A model generated the notes under the pieces. The model saw only the letters and a program-made list of their open reading frames with translations. It searched no databases and was not told where the DNA came from. Positions 57,265 through 64,000 of a stretch of DNA of 64,000 nucleotides are shown here, one piece after another. Both the position numbers and the translations under genes were made by a program. Positions within the stretch are counted from its first letter, which is position 1. Each line of letters starts with the position of its first letter. Location: IMG/VR virus record IMGVR_UViG_3300027763_000036, positions 32,001 to 96,000 of that record, one strand, 5' to 3'. This DNA is from a virus.

Positions 57265-60200
57265 GTAGTTGTCCAAATGTAAATAGTCAAGAATGGAAAG
57301 ATATACTTGAACTAAATAATGGTAATGTTGAAAGAGCCAGAGAAGAATGGGATCTTCTTTATGGTTTTGATCAATCATTAAATAGTGATCCAGATTTATC
57401 TGATATTCCTGTAGAAGTTTTTGAAGATGAAACTGTAGATGAATTCATAGAAGAGCCAACTTTTGATAGAGCTCTTAAAAAAGTAAAAATCTTTTTAAAG
57501 ACAAAACAATATGAACTAAATAGAAAAAAAGTTCAGAATCAAAAAGCAAAACAAGCGGCATTAGCAAGAATCATTAAGAACTTAAATGAACTTGAAGGAG
57601 TAGAAGCTATTAATGCTTTTATTGAACATGCTTATACAGAAGGCATGGAGACAAGAAAGCTATTAAATGAAGCTCTAAAAAGAAGTAGAGAAGGAACAAT
57701 TGATAGTAAAGAACTTTTGGATATCTTGTCTGCTGCTAATCAGTTTGCTAATGGTTATAGTATATTAGATGAAATAAGCAAAGAAGATATTGACAGATAC
57801 TTTTCTAAACCTGTTGCATCAAATAAACCTGAGTCAGAATTAACACCTCAAGATAAATTAACAAGAGCTATTGCTAATAGAAATAATATTAGAACAGTAT
57901 TTGATGAAAAAGTAATAGATGTAATTGCTGAGACTCTAGTTGATTATAGATCTACAAGAGGTACATTAACTATTCAAGAAAATATAAAAGCTTTTGAAGA
58001 AAGAATAGAAAATGCTAGAAATGATACATCTTTAACTGATAAAGCAAGAGCAAGAGTATTAGAAAATAATGAGAAGCAACTAGCAAAGTGGAAAGCACTT
58101 ATGTTAGATAAAGAATCATTAGGTAATTTGTTAAGAGAAACATCTAAGAATGAAAATATATTTGATGCTTATCTTAATCCATTAATAAGTTCAGGAGATG
58201 CTCCTTTATCTTTATTTGCTAAGATGATTAAAACTCAGTTTGAAAGCACAAAAGTTGAAGATATCCAAGAAAGAAATCAAGGTGTAGACCAGCTTAAAGA
58301 ATTTGCTAGTAAAACAGGTAGGGGTTTTAGTAATGTTGCAAAATTAAATGAAGGCTTATATGAGTTTTTGGAGATTGCAAGAAGAGATGTTAGAGGTAAA
58401 GTAATTAGAGATCCAAAAACAGGTGAGGTAGTTATTGATAAGGTAGTTTCTTTTGTTCAAAAATATGACATGAACAAATATCAACAAGCTGAACGAGAGT
58501 TTTATAAAAATAATCCTAAACCAAAACTTAAAGAAGATGCATCTGATATAGAAAAAAAGCAATATAATGATGCATTGGATGATTGGTATAAAACAAGAAA
58601 CAGATGGTATAAAGCTAATACACAGCCCAAGTCTCAAGAAGAGATAAACAAAATAAAAAATGAGAAAGAAAAAGATTATATTCAAGGTATTATAACAAAT
58701 GAAGAATACCAAGAGTGGTTAAAACGCGTAGAGCGTGATACAAAAAGGGGTAAAGAATTTTATGGGGAGCTTGCAGAACCTAATAATAGTTACTTAAATA
58801 ATAACTGGTTAAATTTATATGATAAAGACGGCAAGCCAAAAAATGCAGAAGGTTTGTATCACAAATATCTTGTAGATAAATATCTTGCTGCTCAAGAATT
58901 ATTACCGGATGGTCAGAGAAGAGGATACATATTACCATCTATAGAGATGGATGAAGCAGAAAGACTACAAAGATTTGGTGTAAAAGCTACTGTTAAAAGT
59001 AGAGTCTCTGAAACATTTAGAAGAAAGAAATATGATCAAGAATTATTTGGAGAGGAAGCTGGTCAAACAGAAGAGATAGATAGAAATGTTTATGGTGTAG
59101 GTAGTTCTTCAGGGGAGAAGTTTGATATTATCCCAACTTACTTTACACAATTCATGGATGCTGATGATGTTACTGTAGATTTATTATCTTCAGTTTTAAG
59201 GTTTGATGCAATGGCTAGAAGATACAATGCATTAAATGAAGTTCAGTCAGAGATATATGCTTTCCAAAAAGTAATTGGTAATAGAAAGATTGCTGCCAAA
59301 GACAGTAAGGGTAGACCTGTAATGGATGCTTTTGCAAAGAAGATGGGTTATGAGGAATACATAAAAGAAAATGGAATGGATTATTCATCTTTTCATGTTA
59401 ATGAGTTTATTAATATGGTTATTAAAGGTGAATCACAAAAATCACAGCAATTTATGAATGTAGAGTTATCTAAAATAACTAATACATTAATTTCTGTATC
59501 TGCAATTACTACTCTTTCAATGGACTTACTCAAGGGTGTTGCTAATAATTTACAAGGTAATATTCAGCTTGTTATTGAATCAGCTGGTTCTGAGTTTTTT
59601 AGTTTAAAGAATTATGGAAAAGCCAAAGCAGTTTATTTATCTAAAGTTGGTGGATGCATATCAGACTTTGGTAAGCCATATGCAGAAAGTTGGTTAGGTG
59701 GTTTAATTGATTACTATGATGCTATACAGGGTCAGTTTAAAGATGAATACGGTAGAGATGTTTCTGCTACTGTAGCTCAAAAACTTTTCAGAACTAATAC
59801 TCTTTTCTGGAATCAGCACTTTGGAGAACATGAGGTACAAGTTACAGCCATGTTAGCATTAATGGATGCTACAAAAGTTATTGATAAAGAAACTGGAAAA
59901 GAAATTTCCCTACTTCAGGCGCATGAAAAATATGGAACATTCTTATTTGATGTTGTTACAGATGAGAATGGTAATAAAACTAAAAACTATAAAGTTCAAA
60001 TTAGAGCTAACAAGACATTAGAAAACCCAGAAGGTGATCTTATAGATTTTGATGAGAAGCAAAGAATAGAACACACAAATATACTACATGCATTAAATAA
60101 AAGAATGCATGGTGTATACAATGACTTTGATAAATCAGTACTTCAGAAATACTCTGCTGGTAGATTAGTAATGATGTATAGAAAGTTTATGGTTCCTGCT

Positions 60201-60806
60201 GTAAAAAGAAGATACAAGAATCTTGGTTTTGATGATGAGCTTGGTACAGCAACTGAAGGTATATATCAGACATTCTATAGAACATTAATGAAAGATGTTA
60301 GAACATATAAGTTCAATGTTACTAAACAGTGGGCTACTTATACTCCTTTTGAGAAAGCACAAATAAGAAAAGTTGTTGCTGAGTTAACTATAATTGCAGG
60401 CTTTATGGCCTTAATACTTGCTTTATCAGCATTAGGTGGTGGAGATGGAGATGATGAAGAAAATGCAATTAAGAAAAGTTGGATGTATAACTTTATGCTA
60501 TATGAGGCAATAAGGATGAGATCAGAAACTATTCAGTTCTTACCTGGAGTTGGTCTTAGAGATTGGTATAGAACTGTAAAGTCTCCATCAGCAATGACAG
60601 GAACATTAGATAGATTCATTAGATTCTCTAATCAGTTTTTCTTTACTTGGGATCCAGAGAAATTAAATTATGAAAGAGATCAAGGAGTTTGGAAGAAAGG
60701 AGACAATAAGTCTTGGGCTTATTTCTTAAAGCTTATGGGTTATTCAGGATACACTCTTACCCCAGGAGAAGCAGTGAAAGCCTTTGAAGGTACATACAAT
60801 AGATAG
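57255..60806 (+). CDS. Large virion/ejected protein with a C-terminal hydrophobic helix
   Basis: 1183 aa; CPN.NS.EW N-terminus; LTIIAGFMALILALSAL (60384-60434) followed by GGGDGDDEE. Confidence 0.7.
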   Translation: MSIGSCPNVNSQEWKDILELNNGNVERAREEWDLLYGFDQSLNSDPDLSDIPVEVFEDETVDEFIEEPTFDRALKKVKIFLKTKQYELNRKKVQNQKAKQAALARIIKNLNELEGVEAINAFIEHAYTEGMETRKLLNEALKRSREGTIDSKELLDILSAANQFANGYSILDEISKEDIDRYFSKPVASNKPESELTPQDKLTRAIANRNNIRTVFDEKVIDVIAETLVDYRSTRGTLTIQENIKAFEERIENARNDTSLTDKARARVLENNEKQLAKWKALMLDKESLGNLLRETSKNENIFDAYLNPLISSGDAPLSLFAKMIKTQFESTKVEDIQERNQGVDQLKEFASKTGRGFSNVAKLNEGLYEFLEIARRDVRGKVIRDPKTGEVVIDKVVSFVQKYDMNKYQQAEREFYKNNPKPKLKEDASDIEKKQYNDALDDWYKTRNRWYKANTQPKSQEEINKIKNEKEKDYIQGIITNEEYQEWLKRVERDTKRGKEFYGELAEPNNSYLNNNWLNLYDKDGKPKNAEGLYHKYLVDKYLAAQELLPDGQRRGYILPSIEMDEAERLQRFGVKATVKSRVSETFRRKKYDQELFGEEAGQTEEIDRNVYGVGSSSGEKFDIIPTYFTQFMDADDVTVDLLSSVLRFDAMARRYNALNEVQSEIYAFQKVIGNRKIAAKDSKGRPVMDAFAKKMGYEEYIKENGMDYSSFHVNEFINMVIKGESQKSQQFMNVELSKITNTLISVSAITTLSMDLLKGVANNLQGNIQLVIESAGSEFFSLKNYGKAKAVYLSKVGGCISDFGKPYAESWLGGLIDYYDAIQGQFKDEYGRDVSATVAQKLFRTNTLFWNQHFGEHEVQVTAMLALMDATKVIDKETGKEISLLQAHEKYGTFLFDVVTDENGNKTKNYKVQIRANKTLENPEGDLIDFDEKQRIEHTNILHALNKRMHGVYNDFDKSVLQKYSAGRLVMMYRKFMVPAVKRRYKNLGFDDELGTATEGIYQTFYRTLMKDVRTYKFNVTKQWATYTPFEKAQIRKVVAELTIIAGFMALILALSALGGGDGDDEENAIKKSWMYNFMLYEAIRMRSETIQFLPGVGLRDWYRTVKSPSAMTGTLDRFIRFSNQFFFTWDPEKLNYERDQGVWKKGDNKSWAYFLKLMGYSGYTLTPGEAVKAFEGTYNR

Positions 60807-60818
60807 TGAAGAAACCAT

Positions 60819-60850
60819 AAAAAAAAGGGGGATTATCTTTTCCCCCTTTT
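60819..60850. terminator. Bidirectional terminator between convergent modules
   Basis: A-run, ggggga-ttatcttt-tccccc stem, T-run; loop contains the stop codon of the 60833 gene. Confidence 0.8.
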
Positions 60851-61024
60851 AACTTTTTTAAGTTTACTTACATCAATTCCTACAAGATCACTTGTGTCAA
60901 GTTTAAACTTACCAAGTGTACCTTCTTTATCTTTGCTTACAAGAACATAGCTATTGTTTTCTGAAACATAGTTGATATACAGTTCCTGACCGTTAAATTC
61001 AATTTTCATTTTGTTTTTTTTCAT
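60833..61024 (-). CDS. Small hypothetical protein
   Basis: 63 aa; overlaps the MazG-like gene end; terminates in the terminator. Confidence 0.6.
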   Translation of the reverse strand: MKKNKMKIEFNGQELYINYVSENNSYVLVSKDKEGTLGKFKLDTSDLVGIDVSKLKKVKRGKR

Positions 61025-61409
61025 ATGATTGGTTTATAAATTTACTAAGATTTGGTTTAAAATACTCGGGTCCTTTTAATATTTTTCCATCTTCTCTAAG
61101 AATAGGTTGTCCGTCTGGACCCAACTTACTCATGTTACTAGCTTGTATCTCATTGAAGACATCTATTATTATATCTTGCATACCATGTTTTAGAATAGTA
61201 CCGCAGAGAATATATAACTGATCTCCAAGAGCATCACCTATTTCTACAAGAGAGTTTTTCTCACAAGCTTCTAGGTATTCATCATTTTCTTCTTTCATTA
61301 GAGCATGTCTTAACACATACTCGCTCTGCTCAAGTGGTTGTGGCCACTTACCATCTTTTTGTTTGAATGCTTTGTGGAACTCAGCCACAGCTTTTAATTG
61401 TTCTTTCAT
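60999..61409 (-). CDS. MazG-like / PRA-PH-family NTP pyrophosphohydrolase
   Basis: EE..EY...E..DALGD.LY and SNMSKLG.DG.PI.REDGKILKGP motifs. Confidence 0.85.
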   Translation of the reverse strand: MKEQLKAVAEFHKAFKQKDGKWPQPLEQSEYVLRHALMKEENDEYLEACEKNSLVEIGDALGDQLYILCGTILKHGMQDIIIDVFNEIQASNMSKLGPDGQPILREDGKILKGPEYFKPNLSKFINQSYEKKQNEN

Positions 61410-61420
61410 GTTGTAAAATT

Positions 61421-61452
61421 AAAAAAAAAGGGGACAACTTGCGTCATCCCCT
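61421..61452 (-). terminator. Rho-independent terminator (minus strand)
   Basis: aggggatgac-gcaa-gttgtcccct followed by a long T run on the minus strand. Confidence 0.8.
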
Positions 61453-61484
61453 CTCTTATACTTCAAAATTGGGAATTGAAGGTC

Positions 61485-62693
61485 TTAGAAAAAGTCTGAT
61501 GAATCATCATCATTATCTTCTTCAATATTGAAAATTAAATCATCAAAGTTAGCTTCACTAGTAAACTCTTGATTTGCTATATCTAATTCTGCTTGATCTC
61601 TTTCTTCAGGAGAAACCTCTAGACTCATAAAAGAAGCATTGTCACCCATATACACTTGATTTTCATCTGGAGCATAAGTAGGTGCGTCATCTTCATCTGA
61701 TTCTAATGGTAAATTCATCCAATCATTTAGATCTTCTTCATCTTCTGGATCTTCAGTGTAGTTATTAACAACTTCATTGTGAAAATCTATTGCTTCAAAA
61801 GTATTCCCAGCAGGGTCAGTATAAGTTATTTGAGTTGCCTCAGCTTCTTTAGCCTCTTCTTCAGCTATTACATCAAAGATAGTTATCTGATTAGGATTAA
61901 CTAAAGTTTCTGTAGCTTCAATAACTTCTTCCTCTTGAGGTGCAACTACAGGAATTACCTGTGCAGGTGCACTGCACTGTTGGAAATTATTTACAGTAGA
62001 AATAAAATAATGCAAGACTCTTTGATCTTCCATCCAAGTCTTAGGATGTGAATGCTGTAATGCAATAGTCACAAAGTTATAGAATGCCCACAAACTATTG
62101 CTATCAGCATAAACATGACTTGGTCTATCCATTTGTTGTCTTATAATACTAGCCTGCTCTGTAGTAAGAATCTGATACTCCGCAAATAGGATACCTAGTA
62201 GCTGAGCTTGTTTTCTCTTATTTAGAGTAATGCCCTTCATAGATTCTTTATCAGAACATAGCTGATTATAATACATGTGAGCATTAGCTATTTGATCTTG
62301 TATGGTTTTAACTGTCTCTTCATCTGCAGTACCAGTATGTTTACGAGCCCAGCTTCCCATATCTCCACATACCATAGTAGTACCTGTTAGATTAATATAA
62401 CCACCCACACCACACTTGAATCTTACTTGTTTGTTATAACTGTTTGTCCATGCAAACATCATAGATAGCTCAGGGTCATTATTAAAATTTAATTTATAAA
62501 TCCCATGAGCAATATTCCCGTCAGCAGTACATCTGTACTCTTCACTAACAACTCCAAAACCTGCAGCAGCAAGCTCAGTATATACATAATCCATTACGGA
62601 TTGGTGACTAATTACAGTGTAAGTAGCACCATGATTTGGTAAAGGCACACTAACTAAGTGCGCCTTTGTACATTCAGCAATTTTCTTTGGCAT
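61485..62693 (-). CDS. DUF932-like protein with a long acidic C-terminal tail
   Basis: Y.VISH, NSYNK..RF....G, RKHTG and SLW.FYN.VT motifs. Confidence 0.65.
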   Translation of the reverse strand: MPKKIAECTKAHLVSVPLPNHGATYTVISHQSVMDYVYTELAAAGFGVVSEEYRCTADGNIAHGIYKLNFNNDPELSMMFAWTNSYNKQVRFKCGVGGYINLTGTTMVCGDMGSWARKHTGTADEETVKTIQDQIANAHMYYNQLCSDKESMKGITLNKRKQAQLLGILFAEYQILTTEQASIIRQQMDRPSHVYADSNSLWAFYNFVTIALQHSHPKTWMEDQRVLHYFISTVNNFQQCSAPAQVIPVVAPQEEEVIEATETLVNPNQITIFDVIAEEEAKEAEATQITYTDPAGNTFEAIDFHNEVVNNYTEDPEDEEDLNDWMNLPLESDEDDAPTYAPDENQVYMGDNASFMSLEVSPEERDQAELDIANQEFTSEANFDDLIFNIEEDNDDDSSDFF

Positions 62694-62695
62694 AA

Positions 62696-64000
62696 TTAAA
62701 ATAAACTAAGTTGTGTTATAATAGGCTCAAGATCTCTTATTTCTTTATTGATCTTGTCCAAATAATAATCATAATTAATATCATACTCACTAAAAGGTTT
62801 ATCCTTATAGTCTATCATTAGAGTCTGCATCCATTTGCCAGCCTCAATTTGTATTTCCCTGTTGTCAGTATTGTTCTTCTTAATCACCTTACTACCTGTG
62901 TTAGATATAAAATATCTGATAGTGTGTTGTAATTTCTCTATAGAATAATCCCCGTCAGAAACCTTATGCTCATAGAACGACCAGTCCCCTTTGATCTTTA
63001 CTCCACCACAAAAATCAAATATATTTGTGACAGATTTAATATAATCTTCGGGCTTAATACCATCTACAAAATAAGCATGTATTGCTCTAGGAATTACAAG
63101 AAAACTCTTGTTCTTATGCATAGCAAGATTAGCAAACTCAAACCTACCCTTACATTTAGATTTACCATCTTCTGTAATAGCAATGTAATTATTTACATCA
63201 CCTAGGATAATCTTAGAATACTTATCATGCTCCAGCTGTAGATTGGTTAGCTTCTCCCATCTTCTGCAGATTTCCATATACTTATCTTCATACTGTTTAG
63301 GGATCATTGTCTCCAAACCATCTGTATTCTGCATAAGTGGTAAAGCATTTGGAATCTCTTCACAAATCATTTCATACAACATAGTAAGACTAAGCTGACC
63401 ATTGATAGTGATTCTCATAGTAAACTCTGGGTCATACAAGAAACTGTTCTCATCATTAGATAAACCATAGGTGGAATTCAAGATAATCTTGTACACATAA
63501 TTCTTCGGGTCTTTCTTAGGAATCTTTTTCCTTTCCTCAAAGAACCATTCATACAGATTACAAAATTCTTCTTTAGGTAAATGTGCAGGAGCCCACTTAT
63601 TTCTAATAGCTAGATTAGGATAGAAACTAGTAACATCAGATGTCATTATTATCATCTCCTGATTAGTTTCATATACTTTAGTAGACCGTGCACCATGAAC
63701 ACCACCAAGACCAAAGTCTGTCTGTACACCTTTATACCTTACAGAATATTTAAAACCACCTTTAGTTTCACCCGGATATATAACAACATCCTGAAACTTC
63801 TTCAAAAGATTTTGAAAAGTAGCTGTCTTAAATTCTATATAAGGTAGTATAATATCACGGACTGTGATCTTTAACCTGTTAGTTCTCATCTGTCTGAGCT
63901 CATATTTCTTAATTCCAGTTTGCTTACTAAGAAACAATAAAAACAACTCCTTAGATATTCTTGGTTCAGATGCTGAGTATAAATCTATTCCATACTCATC
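62696..64000 (-). CDS. polB: Family B DNA polymerase (C-terminal part; the gene continues beyond the window)
   Basis: Motif A DVTSFYPN, motif B YKIILNSTYG, motif C QNTDG; frame stays open to 64000 (DEYGIDLYSASEPRISKEL). Confidence 0.9.
   Translation of the reverse strand, partial: DEYGIDLYSASEPRISKELFLLFLSKQTGIKKYELRQMRTNRLKITVRDIILPYIEFKTATFQNLLKKFQDVVIYPGETKGGFKYSVRYKGVQTDFGLGGVHGARSTKVYETNQEMIIMTSDVTSFYPNLAIRNKWAPAHLPKEEFCNLYEWFFEERKKIPKKDPKNYVYKIILNSTYGLSNDENSFLYDPEFTMRITINGQLSLTMLYEMICEEIPNALPLMQNTDGLETMIPKQYEDKYMEICRRWEKLTNLQLEHDKYSKIILGDVNNYIAITEDGKSKCKGRFEFANLAMHKNKSFLVIPRAIHAYFVDGIKPEDYIKSVTNIFDFCGGVKIKGDWSFYEHKVSDGDYSIEKLQHTIRYFISNTGSKVIKKNNTDNREIQIEAGKWMQTLMIDYKDKPFSEYDINYDYYLDKINKEIRDLEPIITQLSLF

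Noticed and set aside
43937-57272. Terminal Cys as split-intein junctions
   Set aside because: No intein-like blocks or terminal His-Asn; the Cys lie within a few residues of the termini, leaving no room for intein halves
1375-63205. Short overlapping or antisense ORFs in the track (e.g. 1446-1793, 4488-5069, 28355-28900, 51333-51875, 62966-63205)
   Set aside because: Shadows of long genes; F/L/S-rich composition mirrors the A-rich sense strand and no motifs are present
63944-63946. Track start codon for the DNA polymerase
   Set aside because: The frame stays open to the window end and the exonuclease region is missing, so the true start lies outside the window
1-64000. Alternative genetic code (TAG/TGA recoding) known in some crAss-like phages
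   Set aside because: ORFs up to 13 kb are intact in the standard code, and TAG acts as a true stop (5551, 6137, 6978, 57264, 60806) with the next gene or terminator following closely
1-64000. tRNA, rRNA, introns, transposases
   Set aside because: Intergenic gaps are short and none showed a cloverleaf or intron-sized interruption by eye; tRNAscan-SE or Infernal would be needed to exclude them formally

Overview
AT-rich window from a crAss-like (Crassvirales-type) podophage genome, probably infecting a Bacteroidota host, read in the standard genetic code. Positions 1-60806 (+) are the virion module. In order: putative scaffold, major capsid protein, a cluster of small Lys-rich proteins, ring/head-tail proteins, a Dps-like protein, Cys-rich capsid/fibre proteins, an IHF-like protein, tail tubular and stabilization proteins, several putative ejected cargo proteins, and three giant proteins including a 4438-aa double-psi-barrel RNA polymerase (DFDGD). 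After a bidirectional terminator, the minus strand carries replication genes: MazG-like, DUF932-like, and a family B DNA polymerase that runs off the window. Most notable observations: (1) the three giant proteins are almost Cys-free except for single Cys at their facing termini, suggesting a head-to-tail linked ejection chain; (2) accessory domains in the RNAP (AlkB-like, DUF4326-like, SLOG) are bracketed by a 14-nt DNA direct repeat, suggesting swappable cassettes; (3) a recurrent xxGG motif marks the basic and cargo proteins and brackets enzymatic domains; (4) a composite palindrome-plus-promoter element recurs before cargo genes; (5) a hairpin loop is antisense to a gene leader. All family assignments come from motif recognition by eye, not database searches.
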